NCBI GenBank assembly: GCA_013265495.1
Contig: MU058441.1
Coordinates: 186,001 to 250,000 of the forward strand
Length of the DNA stretch: 64,000 bases
Direction: 5' to 3'
Source of the DNA: Vicugna vicugna
Lineage: Eukaryota
The notes under the pieces were generated by a model. The model was given only the letters and a program-made list of their open reading frames with translations. It was not told the origin of the DNA and searched no databases. This document shows positions 35,488 through 61,300 of the stretch, one piece after another. Within the stretch, counting starts at the first letter, position 1. Each line of letters starts with the position of its first letter. A program made the translations under genes and the position numbers.

Positions 35488-38400
35488 ATGTCCTACATCC
35501 CGGGCCAACCGGTCACCGCCGTGGTGGTGAGTGAGCTCGCGCGGGCTTCCCCGCATCTTGACTTGCCCCCACTTTGCAGATAGGTAAAGTGACACCCCAA
35601 ACAGGTTGACAAAGCGTCGAAACCGGAGCTCCTGCAAACCTGCAGCTAGAGCTCGGGTTCCCGCTCTGCTGGAGTGGGGCTGCGGTCTTCCCAAGCCATG
35701 CAAGGGATGGCTGGGACTCAAGAGTTTCTTGAAAACCTAGATCGAGCCCAGACCCTGCGCGCGCCACCGCCGCCTCGTTGGACTTCTTAGAGCCGGCTGG
35801 AGCTGGGAGAGCTTAGGAGAAAGACCTCGGCTGTGGAATATGGGAAAGCGCCCCATTCCCGGGCCTATGTCCCCAGCTGGGCAGCAGCGGGGGGCGGGCG
35901 CCGGCCCCGACGTCTGTGAGTCGCAGCCTCTGGAATGAGGAAGTGCTTCCTCCGCTCCAGCAGGCGCCGCCGCCCAGGGGGAGACTTAGTGGGTGGAGAT
36001 GGCCGGGGCCTGCGTAGCAGCCCCTCACCTCTCCCGTCCAGCCTTGCCTTCTCGACCTACCGCCGCCCGGTCCAGAGTGAAGGCTCATACAACAGGCTTG
36101 ATCCCGCTCCGAACTTTCCTTGGATCCCCAGCGCTTGGGACAAAGTCCATGCCCCCCGCCTGGCACTTGGAGCCTTAGGAGACCCCTTGGAGTCAGCTCA
36201 GGCCTCTGGCGCCTCCCTTACCTCGTCTTGGGTGCCAAGTGCTATGAGAATAGGTAAAGGGAAGCGGAAACATTAGACCCAGATGCCAATGCCACAGCTG
36301 GATGGGGCCTAGAGGCCCACTCTGTGGCTGAGGTGGGGCAACTGAGTCCTAGAGAGAAGTCTGGTCTTGCCCAGTCATGTAAAAAACCCTCAGGAGGGAC
36401 CTAGATCTCAGGGAAGAAATGCCTGCTGGGCAAGGAAATCTCGGTGAAAGTTCCAGTCCTGGGGCCCTGTCTGCAATATCTCAGATGGGTGTGCTGGGGC
36501 TCTCTTGAGGTCAGGTCGTGTGACCATGGAGCCACTGATAAAGCTGACATGTGAGAGTGAGCTTGGAGCACCAGTTCAGGCCTGGGCGAGGTGGGAACAT
36601 TGCTGGACCTGCTGACAGCTATCCTCAGCTTCACCCTGGCTGCACCAGCCTGGCTTTTCCAGCTCTCTAGCAGCCACAGAAGTTTTGCTCCTTAGCTGGA
36701 AAAAAAATGTGCACCGGTGAGGAACCAGAGAGGGGCAGTAACCTGCCTGGCCTCACCGAGCAAATCAGTGTCAAGGCCTTGTCTCCCAGCCCTGCACTCC
36801 CTTTTGACCTTGAGGCTGGGTCAAAGGTGTGTGTTGGAGGAGGTGGAGCAAGCCTGGAGGAGATAATACTTTTGGGCAGGAGGACCTAGGTCCAGTTGGC
36901 CTCTCATGTCACCCTCTTTGTTCATGTCATGGCTGGTCCCCGGGCCTCGTTCAAAGCTTTAGGACCACGACCTCCCAATTCTTCCCACACTAGGAAGGTA
37001 TCTGAACATGGTGGGTGCGGTCTGGTCTCTCCTCGGTCTTGGATTCGGGATAGGGTGGAAGAGGCTCCTCCTTAATCCCTTCCCTCGTCCATGGAGTTAA
37101 CATTTTGAGAATGTTGAAACCATTTTGGCCTCTCCTCTGTTCCATGGGCCAGCCCATCTGCCTTATGGACACCTGCCTGGATGGCTCCTGGTGCTCTAGC
37201 CCAACATGCTCCTTCTCCAGGGTCCCCATCTGGGGGATGGTTGTGTTCAGCCGGGCCAGGTGGCTGGCTGGGTGCCCCCCTTGTCTTCTCCACGAGCAGT
37301 CCCTGAATCTGCCGATGTCACTTTCCAAGGAGCGCATGTCCCCTGGCCTCCACATCTCCCCTTTGTGAGACATCTACCGAATGCCTGAATGGTCATTCTA
37401 GCGTCAGACCTGACGGTGACCAGCCCTACTCCCCCACTCCTGAGAGTTCCAGAATCAAAGTCAGATTGCCAAACTCCTGGTTGGCCCAAGGCCTGGTGCA
37501 AATGGTCCTTCATGAAGTCCCTCAGGTCCAGATCAAGTCACCTTTTGCTTTGTTTTCTTCTTCCTGTTAAAACGCTCAACTTTTAGGGTGGGACGATCTG
37601 GTCTGGCTTCCAGCATCTGGTGACTGGAGGGTGCCTGCTGAGGGCTTTGAAAGGAGCCTGGCACAGATGGGGACCAGAGCCCCGGAGTATGGTGGGAGAG
37701 CCCTTGGCCCCTCCCCACCTTCTGCACAGCACAGGCCTGGGGCTTAGGGAGACACCCCTCCCTCAGGGCCAGTCTCCTGGGCCTGCATGCTCCAGCCTTC
37801 CTGATCTGGCCTCAGCCTCATCTCACCTCCCAGTTCCTGTCCTGCGTGTACACTTGGGTCTCACGGACATGTAGCCACAGCACCTTCAAGCCTCTGCTCC
37901 TGTTCCCTTGACCAGGAGACCCCTTCCTCCTTTCTATGCAAGTTTGATCCTCCGCTTTCCCTGTCTTGCCCTTGACAGGGCTGGCTCAGCAGTCTGAACT
38001 GCCTCTGCAGGATGCCTACTTTTTTTTTCAGGAGGGACCACACACCCGCCCTATGTGGTCCCTCCCCTGGGACACAGGCCCCATTCAGAGTAGCCACAGC
38101 ACCCTGGCTCTTGGTCCAGGAGGGGCTTAGCATATGTTGACAAGGCTGGTGCCTGAAGCTGGTGCAGAAGCTGGGAGAGGCTGGGACAGAGGGATGTGTG
38201 GGTAAGTTGATGTGGCTGAGTTCTGAGTCTCAACCTCCCAGCCTCCCAGGCTGGTGACCAGCTGGATTCCTGCAGAAAGCCCAGGGCCCCACCCCCAGGG
38301 CTGAGCTCTGAGCAGACTCAGCCACCTGAGGCTGTTACTGGGGACACAGACCACATTTGCTTTCCACACCCACCCACCCCCAACTCGTTTTTTTATCTTT

Positions 38401-39425
38401 ACCAGCAAAGAGTTGAAATTCACAAGCTGCGTCAAGGTGAGAACTTAATCCTGGGCTTCAGCATTGGAGGTGGAATTGACCAGGATCCCTCCCAGAATCC
38501 CTTCTCAGAAGATAAGACGGACAAGGTGAGGTGGGTCTAGGGTCTGGGGACCTCTGTGGGGCACAGAGGCCTAAAATGGTGGGTCCCTGCTTCCTGAGCC
38601 TTTGCGGAAGGAGCAGACCTCATCTCTCTCAGTCCCCTCTCAGAAGGTCCAAGAAATGATCCGGTGGGAATAAGCAGAGGTGGGGAGTGGGCTTCCCAGC
38701 CCTCCCTTCCCTCCCAGTGCTAGGAAAGCCTGTTCAGAGCCCAGGAGGCCAGCAACAGGCACTGGAGCATCTGTGCGGCCGCCCCACCTCCCCCTTTTCT
38801 GTCTCAGCACAGCCTGTGCTGGGAGCGGGACAGACGGACAGCTAGGAGTATGCCCTGCTGGGCTTTGCTCTGTGGATAAGGGCCAGTCCACTGATCCCGC
38901 GCTTGACTGGACTGTCTCTCTCCAGGGCATTTACGTCACGCGGGTATCTGAAGGAGGCCCTGCAGAAATTGCTGGGCTGCAGATTGGAGACAAGATCATG
39001 CAGGTAACAGATGTCGCAGAGGAGGAAAACAAGGCTTGGGCCAGAGGGTCTGAAGCACTCAGGGGTGGGGGGTGGCACTGGGAGACTCACCAAAGCCATT
39101 CTGGAGCCCATGCTGGCCTTTCCCCTGGAGGAAGCTGGCTCTCTCCTCTGTGTATATGAGGTGGTGCTTGGTGTCCCCCCAGCCTGGGGACATCAGCTTG
39201 GGTGACCCAGGCCCCCCAAAGCTCGTTTTGCTTCCAGAGCCCTGAGGGCGGCGAGCTGAGGTGGGCTGTGTTCTCTCCCTGGGCCAGGTGAACGGCTGGG
39301 ACATGACCATGGTCACACACGACCAGGCCCGGAAGCGGCTCACCAAGCGCTCGGAGGAGGTGGTACGCCTGCTGGTGACACGGCAGTCGCTGCAGAAGGC
39401 GGTGCAGCAGTCCATGCTGTCCTAG
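35488..39425 (+). CDS. TAX1BP3: Tax1-binding protein 3 (TIP-1, single PDZ domain), 124 aa; exons 35488-35526, 38406-38525, 38926-39003, 39288-39425
   Basis: MSYIPGQPVTAVV|QRVEIHKLRQGENLILGFSIGGGIDQDPSQNPFSEDKTDK|GIYVTRVSEGGPAEIAGLQIGDKIMQ|VNGWDMTMVTHDQARKRLTKRSEEVVRLLVTRQSLQKAVQQSMLS*; GT-AG introns; 375 nt. Confidence 0.98.
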
Positions 39426-40257
39426 CAGCTGCCCCGGCCCCTGGCTCGTGCCCGCCCGCCTCTGTACAGTGACACCACTTCCACGCTGTCTGCCCCTCAT
39501 CCTGGCTTCTGCTGGTGGCTGGGCCCCTGCTCCGAAGGGCAAGAGCTGGTCCCAGAGGCCTGACCTGGCTGGCCTTCCCCTCTCCCACCACTGGCCTGAG
39601 GCTCTGGGACCAGCTCTCTCCCTTGGACAGTGAGGATTGGAAATAAGGGCCTGAAGCCAAGTTGGAGTCAGTCCGTAGTGACCACAGGCTCGGCCCCAGA
39701 CCCTGCTGCCTGGCCACAGCAGTGCCCAGGCAAGCAGGGGACCCCACTTCCTGTGAGCACCACGTAACTGGGAAATGCAGGAACTCCAGACCCTGCCCCA
39801 CATCTCGGCTCCGCAGGGGCTGGGCCGCATGCTTTTCCCCACGTTCCCCCGCGGGAACTTGACTCACTGCCGGAAGTACTACGAAGGTTTGCCTGGATGG
39901 AAGCCAGGCAGGCTCACAGTTCACCCCATCGCACCCCCTCCCCACCTCCCACCCTGAGGGGCGCTGGCCTCCCCAGGGTTCACCTGCTTACAGGATTTAC
40001 ACGAGGCTCGAGGCTGACATTTCAGAGCAGTTCTCAGGATTGCCATTTTCTTCTATGCCTGTGGGTTTAACTTTTGTATTTTTTTAATCACAACTTTGAT
40101 ACAAAACATTTTTATCTGACTGTTTAGAGATGCCAGTTCAACTTTTGAATGTAGCTTAACTAATTCACATCTGGGAACTACTCTTAGCAAGGGAACCAGT
40201 TGTACTTTGGTTCCTATGGAAATGGGGCAGTAGGAAGCTGCCCTACATCTTGTGCCC

Positions 40258-40263
40258 AATAAA
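40258..40263 (+). terminator. TAX1BP3 polyadenylation signal AATAAA
   Basis: Canonical hexamer about 830 nt after the stop codon. Confidence 0.7.
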
Positions 40264-41251
40264 CAGAGCTGGAATTCTCCAGGGGTCTTTGCTGAGACAC
40301 GGGGCAGGGCTACTTGGGGGTAGACTGTGAGGCCTTTAGTTTGAAGGCTGGCTGACCTGCCCCTCACCGCCCCCTCCCCTCACCGCCAATCCAGGATAAA
40401 GCCCGACTATTCCTAGGCCTGCTGATGCTGCTTGGCAGGGCCGCCCAGGTGAGAATGTCTGAGTCCCTTCACCAGAACTGGGCTGGGGAGCCCCCAACTG
40501 CACCTGTGTAATCTAACCTCAGCTCCCACTAGGGAGGGGCCTCACAAACACCAAGAGGTTCATGGGAAAACACCCACTGCTAAGACTTCAGAGCACTGTT
40601 TATCACAGCCAGGGATGTAGCCCCAAATGTTTCCAGGGGCTGTGATCTGATGAGATGGGGATGAGGTGGGGGTGAGCTGGGGAGCACTAGGGCTGCTGCC
40701 TGGCCCGTGCTGGCTGCATTAGTGTTGCTGCCGCTCGTGACCCACCTTGCACCGCCAAGTCAGATCTTGTAACTTCCCATCTCTAACGTGTGATACCGTC
40801 ACCCACTGGGTGGCCCAAATAAAACAGGTGTGTAGGTTTGGTCAGGCTGCAGTCTCTGCTTTAGGGAAAGGAGATCCTAATTGATACCTGGACAGAGGAA
40901 GAATCTGGAAGACCCTCCTCCACCACATGCCCTTAAAGGCCTCATCCAACCTGTGCTCACAACTGCAGCCTGAGTGCTGTGCCTTTGGTAATGCAGACAT
41001 GGTACCTGTGGGACCTACCTGGCCCTAAGCAGGTAGGTGTCTTGTGCCACCCAACAGGGCTCTCCTGATGAAGTGCCGGGTCGGCACACGGCCACCTTGG
41101 GAGCAAGCAGCGAACTTGGCAACCCCACACGTTTTCTTACATGGAGTGAGTGAGGCCGTCTCCCTGAGCCCCAGGGACTTGGTTCTGAAGCCAACACGCT
41201 TGCCTCCTGCATCTGGCAAACGCTCAGTGTGCAGAGAGGAAAGGAATCAGG

Positions 41252-41257
41252 TTTAAT
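41252..41257 (-). terminator. Probable CTNS polyadenylation signal ATTAAA
   Basis: tttaat on + about 1.3 kb beyond the CTNS stop codon. Confidence 0.5.
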
Positions 41258-42562
41258 TAAGGACATAAGCCTCTTGTTATTCTCTTGGTAAACAAATCTT
41301 GAGAGTGGATTGACAAACTCAAGGCACGTACAAGGCACGTCCTGGGACCCTCCCCTCCTGCCACAGGATGGACACCTGATTGGTGGGAAGGGAAGGGCTT
41401 TGGGATCAGACTGGGTCCATGAAGATTATGTGAGGTGGTCTTAAGTCCTTATCTGAAGCTTCGGAACAGCCACAAATTGGTGAGTCTCAGGTAGGGGTCT
41501 GGGGAAAGTGAGGGAAGGGGGCCTGCCCTCCCCTTCAGGAGAGCTACTCTCACCACCCGGCAGGTCTAACAGGCCTCTAAGGCACAGACTGGTGTGTGTG
41601 CGTGCATGTGTGCGTCTGTCCCCTGCACTCCGAGCAGACCCAGGGTAAGGAGCAGTTAGAGGGGCTGACGTGGGGCCTGACGCTGGGAAACTGGAGGTAG
41701 GCAGAAAGCAGTAAGGCAGTAAGCCACTTACTTCAAAAGCGTCCCTCTGAAAAATCCAAAAGGGGTCGTTAGTGTGATGGAGATCCAGAGGGTGTTGGAT
41801 GCGAGACCGGTTCCAAACCAATCTGGTGGGCACCTTAAGGCTTGGAAATACTGTTTCTTTACCAGACCCTGGCCTGGGCCACCTGTGATTGCACTCGTGA
41901 AAGTGGAGTTACATAGCATGAGTGAGTGTCAGGGTGGTGAGTGCTCAGAGAAGGGCCCCCAAGTTCTACCCCAAGGTCCTAGCCCCTCCGCCACCAGCAC
42001 CAGCACCTCTGGGTCTATCGGCCACAGCACCTGGCTGCTTGGTCTCTGAACTCAGCAGTGGCAGCAGAGCACACCTGGCTCTCCCAGCTGCAAGGTCAGT
42101 CCTTCAAGCTGCTCCCAGAAACACCGGTTGCTTGGGGCAAGGCTGTCTGCTCCAAGCTCAATGTTCAGTCCTGCCTGGGACGGCTGCCAGGACCTGTGTG
42201 TGCTGCCTGAAGCCTTAAAGAAAATAGAGATGCAGCATCAAGATGCAGGAGGGCCAGGTGCCTGGCCGGTAAGGCCCAGGAGGGGCTGACCCCTGGGGAG
42301 GCAGGGAGGGGCCGCCAGTGGTTTGGCTTTTAATCTCAAAGCCCAGCCAGTGCCTGTCCCAGAGGGAGGTTCCTCCCTGGCCCGGGAGAGTCCTGAATGA
42401 AGGCAGGCTGGTTTAAGGCGTTTGGCCCTGAGGAAGAGGGTGCTTCTCCACTTCCGGCACCTGGAGCCAGCCTTGCCCTCCAGACTGCTTCTCCAGCCTT
42501 GCTGGTGGAGCCTTCCCTGCCAGGGCACAGGGCCCAGGCTGCTTATGCTGGGTCCCTGGGAG

Positions 42563-55274
<12,712 letters not shown>

Positions 55275-56124
55275 GTTCCTTGATTTCAAAGAACTAGGAA
55301 GAAAAACAAACAGCAAGAGAAGTTCAGGTTAAAGTTGGATCAGCTTAGCAACAAGTGGACAATATGCCACTTGGAACCATGGCACAGACAGTTCATAAAG
55401 GACTTTCACTTCACACTTGTGACCTCAGGGCTTTGCATCACCAGCTGGGAGAAGGGGACCCCGAGGAAGACTTATCTTTTTTTGGTGTGTGGGGAGATGG
55501 GCTCAGAGAAGCTAGCGGATTGTGTAAGGTCCCACCCTGGGGAAGTGGACAAACACTGAACTTTTCCCTCTTCAACTGCTTCATGCAACCTAGTTAACAG
55601 AAAGAAAGAATGCAGCCTTATTGCCTGGGGGTTCTTTTTTTCAAAAGGTATTAAAATGGCAGTCAGATATTTGACTTTGTGAATCTATAAATCTTAAGGA
55701 AATGAATTTCATTTCCCATCCTGGGATAAGTGTCTATGGGCTAATGATCCTTAAGATTTTTTTCACTGGGCAAGGGTCATCACTCCAAGACGGGCAGGGA
55801 TCACTTACAATGGGACCCAGGGAGGGGAAGCCCCAGATCAGCCCTGGAGCAGCTCATCGGTTAAGTGAGGGAGATGGGCTGCTGCATACCCATAACCCCC
55901 GCGCACGGCAGGTGAACCTCAGGTCAAGATGGGCAGATCAGCTCAACGTCTATAACTCGGTTTCCACATGCTGCCTCAGAGTACAGTGCTCAGGCTCTGC
56001 CACCTCTGATGGCTTCTGAGGATTCTTGCAAACTGTGAGAGAGCTAGGAGAGGTCTGGGTGGAAACATCCCTGCTTCCACTCGGGTTTCAGTGTCCCCCA
56101 AAGGCCCTGAGGGCCCTCCTGATT

Positions 56125-56742
56125 CTCCCCTCACTCAAAAAAGCTCCCTGACCCAGCGTGCCTGACCTCTGCTGCCCCTGTCTTCTCCAGGGGTCTCTGC
56201 TCCCTGCAGCTCTACCTGATCATTAAGTCTTATCTCAGGAGCCTTCTCACCTGCGGGCACTGATCTGTCCCCTCTATGGTCTCCTCTGGGGCCCTTGCCC
56301 AGGGCGCCGTATCCACGGGGTCTCTGCCCCTCTACTTTCTGTACCCTGATCTGCGGGGGAATTGCTCTGCTGTGGAATGACCTCCCCCTCATTCCTGCCA
56401 CTCTCTGCTCTTCACACTTGCTGATGTCCTCAAGCTCAGGATTCAGTCTGTCCCCTAGGGCAGAGTCTGGGTTTTCCTTGGGAACTCAGATGCGGAATCA
56501 GGCCCAACCAGCTCCTCTCTCATCCCGTAGGAGTGGAATGTGGATGGAGGAACACAAACACTTGGACGGCAAAAGTCCCCTGGCCCCAAAGGCTGACACA
56601 CCTTGGATGAGACATCAGGACAGATGGAAAGAACTTGAAAGATACATGGTCAATTAAAATGTTAGAAAGAGATCAAGTTAATAATTATACACAAAAACTA
56701 GTGTCTTGTGAATGCTACAAGGTAGAAATGGAGAATTTCACT
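56125..56742 (+). repeat. Direct duplication, copy A (paralog of 58555-59153)
   Basis: Colinear similarity at an offset of about 2410-2430, including an identical 29-mer gctacaaggtagaaatggagaatttcact at 56714-56742 and 59125-59153. Confidence 0.9.
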
Positions 56743-56929
56743 ACAATGGGTTCTGTCTAGTATGCTGCGTAAGTTCTATCTTCCAGGCCTCACTCAGATG
56801 TCACCTGCTTCAACTTGGAGTCAGGAGTCTCCTGTGGCAGCTCCACTCACCAGGTTTCTGGAATCTGGAACTCCCTGGATCTCCTGTTGGAGAAGTGATA
56901 CAAATACTTCCAGGGCAAAGAATGCGTGC

Positions 56930-57085
56930 CCTGGAGACTGACAGCACGGGTTTGAAGCTGGGCTCCCCATTTATCAGTTGTGTGACTTTGGGGTGCTACT
57001 TGACCTCCTCAAACTTCATCTTCCTAATGTGAAAACAGGGACAGCGAGAACTAAGTCATAGGACTTAAATGAGATGAAATGTTAA
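56930..57085 (+). mobile_element. MIR SINE
   Basis: gggtttgaagctgggctcccc...tgtgtgactttggg...acttgacctc...cttcatcttcctaatgtgaaa...ttaaatgagatga. Confidence 0.65.
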
Positions 57086-57306
57086 GCAGGATTTCTGGCC
57101 CTCCAAAGGGCCACAGCACATGAACAGAGTTTACCAGCAGTATTAAAATTTCAAGGGATGGGGGTTGGTAAGGAAAAAAGGCCGAGAAACAATGATGTAA
57201 AGTAAATACATCTGTTACCTAGGGCACCTAGCAAGCTCTCACGAAGCCTAGGTTGTTATTCTCAATATCGTTGAAAAAGTCAGGGCCCAGGTTCAGGCTT
57301 CCTTAC

Positions 57307-57900
57307 TCCGGCCTAAAAGCCCTGAAGGGCGGTGCCAGGTCTCATCCTGCCCACTCTCCCGCAGCCCAGCCTGCCGCTCAGTATCCCAAAAGGCGTCCCG
57401 TAAGTGGTCCTCTCGGGAGTCTCCCCTCTGCAAAGCATTCTGCAAACTCCACGACCCAGGTTCAGGTGGCAAATAAGAAGGCGGGAAAGGGGCGCTAACC
57501 TGCACTGGAGTAGAACCCCCCACACCACCTCGGCAGCCCGGTGTCTCCTGCCTCCGCTCACTATTACCCGAGCCCTTCAACCCGGGGGCTGTCCGGTGCC
57601 GCGAGGCCGGGACTGGCGCGGCTGAGAGGGGCTGGATGCGCGGCAGGCTGCCCAACTGACTTGCCTCCGGGCCTCAGGGGTCCGCCTGGGAAATGAAGTG
57701 GGGAGACTGTTGGGGCCGCGCCGGCTCTCACCTGAGATCCTCCAAGCTCAGGGGACGCACCACAAGGGACGCAGGAGTCTCCTCAGACTGTGCCCGCTTC
57801 CCCGGGCCGGCTTGACTTACTGTGGGGCGGGTCAGAAGTCACCTGACACGAGCCACCTGATTCACGGAGTACAGATCTGGCGCGATGCACCCTGGGAGTT
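57307..57900 (-). other. CTNS: Probable non-coding 5'UTR exons of CTNS (exon 1 ending 57821; exon 2 about 57504/57499-57307)
   Basis: Minus-strand donors gtaagt at 57820 and gtaagg at 57306, and an acceptor ttctactccag/tgcag near 57500. Human CTNS has two non-coding first exons. The TSS cannot be determined. Confidence 0.5.
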
Positions 57901-58348
57901 GTAGTTTTCACGAGTCTCAGCGGGACAATTAGGGGTTGGGGCGAAGCGGAGAGGCGCAGGCAACTTGGCAGGGATAGGGGCTTGGGTTTGTGGGAGTAAT
58001 AAATCACTATTAGGGACACAGAGACTCTCTCATCCCCCAGAGCCCGTCCGGGAACCCCGAGGTATTTGGATGAGCAAGGAGGAAGCCTTGGTTGAAGTCG
58101 CAAACCCGGTCCTGAGGTTTGGGGCCTCTAGTCCCGCCTTCCGCCGCCGCTCCGCCTATAGCCGGGGCCCGTCGCTCGAGTGGCTCGACACTCCGCCTCC
58201 CTCAACCAATGGGAAGACGAGAATTCCCTGTGTGGCGTGTGGCTAGAAAGATTGGCAGACGAGGCCCCGCCTCAGCGCCTTGTCAGGGTGAAGTGTGCAG
58301 GAGTGAGCGCGTCGGCCTGGGACGCAAGCTGCGCTCGTCTTCTCTGCA
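57820..58348. promoter_or_regulatory. Bidirectional CpG-island promoter CTNS / SHPK
   Basis: Head-to-head genes. ZNF143/SBS motif ACTACAACTCCCAGGGTGCA (minus, 57905-57886), CLEAR-like GTCACCTGAC 57838-57847, CCAAT boxes near 58206 and 58251, GC boxes. Confidence 0.8.
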
Positions 58349-61300
58349 ATGGCTGCAGGGTCTGTCACTCTGGGCATCGACCTGGGCACCACGTCTGTGA
58401 AGGTGGCCCTGGTGGAGGCCGCGCCTGGCGACCCTTCCGGGTTCGTGGTACTGGCGAGCTGTGCCCGGGCTGCGCGAGCCGAGGTGGCGGCCCAGAGCGC
58501 GGCAGCCGGGCCCCAGGTGAGGCAGCCGCCTCCTCCAGGAGTCTTCTGACACTCTCTTCCTCCTCAAAGAGGATTCCCTGGCTGCTGCAGCCTGTCTGAT
58601 CCCTGCCTGCCTGCTGCAACTCCCTCCATCCGTTAGGTTTCGTCCCAGGAGCTTTCCTACCTGCTGGCACCGATCTCCCCCACTCTCTGGCCGTCTCTGG
58701 GAGCCTTGCCCTTGGCGCTGAATCCCCGTGCTCTCTGCCCTCCACTTTCTGTACGTGCGGGAAATTGCTCTTCGTGCATGGAGTGATCTCAGGCCTGCTC
58801 ATTCTTGCTGCTCTCTGCTCCTTGCATCTGCCAGTGTCCTCAAATTCAGGATTCAGTTTGTTCCCTAGGGCAGTGCCTGAGTTTTCCTTGAGAAATCAGA
58901 TTTAGAATCAGGAGTAACCTGCTAGTCTCTCATCCCCCAGGAGTGGAATGTGGAAGGAGGAACCCAAATACTTGGACAGGAAACGTCCCTCCTGCCTTGA
59001 AGGCTGAGACACTTTGGAGGAAAGATGCCAAGACGGATAGAAAGACATTGAGAGATACCTTGATTAAAATGTTTGAAAAAGTTCAGACTGATAATTATAC
59101 ATGAAAAACTAGTGTTTTGTGAAAGCTACAAGGTAGAAATGGAGAATTTCACTGCTGTAGGCTCAGCTGTAAGATGTGGGTTCAGAAAGGATGTCAATCT
59201 TCAGTTCTGAATTCCATTAATTCCCTGGAAAAGGTAGCTCTATATTCAGTTAATTGACAATAGAAATTGACATCAAGAAACTTTCTATGTAACCTCATGA
59301 CTTTTTCTTCTGGATCTCAGCTTGTTCTCCAAGTTGAAATAGATGACTTCTATGATCCCTTCCAGGCACAAACCTCAGTTTTCTGAGCCCAGTCCCACTC
59401 CGAACAGGTTTGTATTTCACAAACTCTTGCTACATACCTGGACTCAGTTCTACAGGGTTCAGAGTCCATCTTGCTCAGAAGCATTTCAGAGGATAGATTT
59501 CAGGAGCACGTTGCATTTTCATAGAGCCTTTCAAAATTAGTTTGGTTGGGGCATCAGGGCATTTTAGAATGATTATCTCACTTCATGGACTGTGAAATGG
59601 AGGCAGAGTCAGCTCTGACCCTGTGGAGGTGAGGAGCCAAGCTGGGTTTACAGGGAGTGGCTTTAGGCAGTGCCCTTTTCTTGGTAATTCTTGCTTTCTT
59701 CCCATCCCCTAGTGTTCAGCAGGCTCTTCCATGTTTATAGGCACACCCAGTGCTCCACCCCTGCCTAAGGAGGGGTTTAGAGGGGGCAGTAATAGCCCCC
59801 ATTGCATCCTCCGCATGTGTCTTCTGCTCTGGGACAAACGGCATTGCTGTAATTTCATCTATAGCAGGAATTCCCAACCTTGGCACTGTTGCTATTTCGG
59901 GTTGGATGATTCTTTGTTGTGGGGGCTGTCCTGTGGATCATAGGATGTTTCGTAGCATTCCTGGCCTCTAACCCTCTGCATGCCAGTAGAATCCTCCTTT
60001 CCAACTGTGACACCCTCAAATTTCTTCATGTTGCCAAATTTTTTCTAGGGGACAAAAATCACCCCTGGGGTGAGAACTACTGATCTATAGAAACACCTGG
60101 TGACTCTGTTCTTTCCTCATGTCCATCCTTCTCTCTCTTTAGAAATATCGTGCATACCATGGTCAAGTCTGGCAGCCATGTGGAAGGTCAGACTTTTAGC
60201 TCTTTGAACTTTAAAATATCAGGATTTTTGAGGGAAGCTCTGTGACTCTGAGTTACTCATTTTCTTTCTCTGGGCTTCAGTTTCCCCATCTGTAAAAAAG
60301 GGTGTTGGGGGGAGGAGGATTGAATGAGTTTCTAAGTTCTTTTTTCAAATCTGAAGTTCCAGGATATGTCCTGGTCGTCGATCAGTTGATATTCTGGAGC
60401 AGGGAATGGGGGCAGTGCCTTTCCTGTTACATTGTGGGTGTACCCATTGTCCAAGAATTCCTCCCCCGTCTCCCTCACCACTAAAACGCGAACTAACTGC
60501 CACACACTGACTACCTGCTTGTCTTCACTCCCATCTGGCCCATTTTCCTTCTCCGCTGTCCTCACCCACACAGCTCACCCACCCTGGGCCCATTTTTAAA
60601 TAGCAGCTCCTCTGTCTTGGGTTCATGCACCCAACGTCTGATGGCCATGTGGGAGCTCTTTGAACCAGCCCTGTCCAATAGAAATATGAACCACGTGGGT
60701 AATTTTCAACTTTTGTAGCCGTATTAAAAAAAAAACTGTAAAGAGGGAGGATACAGCTCAGTGGTAGTGTTTAGCATGCAGGAGATCCTGGGTTCAACCC
60801 CCAGTACCTTCATTAAATACATAAACAAATAAACCTAATTACTTGCCCCCCCAATAAACAGTGAAAAGGAACCAGTGAAATTAATTTTAATTGCATATTT
60901 TATTTAACCCAATGTATCCAAACATATCATTTCAATATGTAATAATCAATATAAAATTATTAAGTGGATAGTGTGCTTTTTCTTTTCCTACTAAACCTGA
61001 AATCTGATATATAGTTTACAGTGACAGCACATTTCAGTTCAGACTAGCCACGTGTCGTTAATGACTGCGTTGGACAGGACAGGTTTAAACAAAGTTCTCT
61101 TCCCCACTTCCTTCTTCTTTTGCCCGCTTCTTCCTTCCCTCCTGGGGGGTCAGGCACAGCCATGCACCTCCTCTCTGCCCCGTCGTTTACTGCCCAGGCA
61201 GTTCTACTGTAGTGTCTCCTGCATAGAGAGTCTTGTTAGGATGTAGGGCTGCCTCCTCGAGAAAATGCAGTGTGCTTCCCCTCCGCTCCTTCCCCATCTC

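Noticed and set aside
39087..39945. 251-aa and 201-aa minus-strand ORFs
   Set aside because: Antisense to TAX1BP3 exon 4 and 3'UTR; GC-rich with no protein features.
42165..42167. Selenocysteine or programmed read-through at the TGA in the LKG-like tail
   Set aside because: No SECIS-like hairpin noticed and the context is TGA-ACA rather than TGA-CTAG; a simple TGG>TGA nonsense change is more parsimonious.
60743..60852. Possible tRNA gene (A and B boxes)
   Set aside because: No complete cloverleaf; it has a SINE tail and interrupts a MER element.
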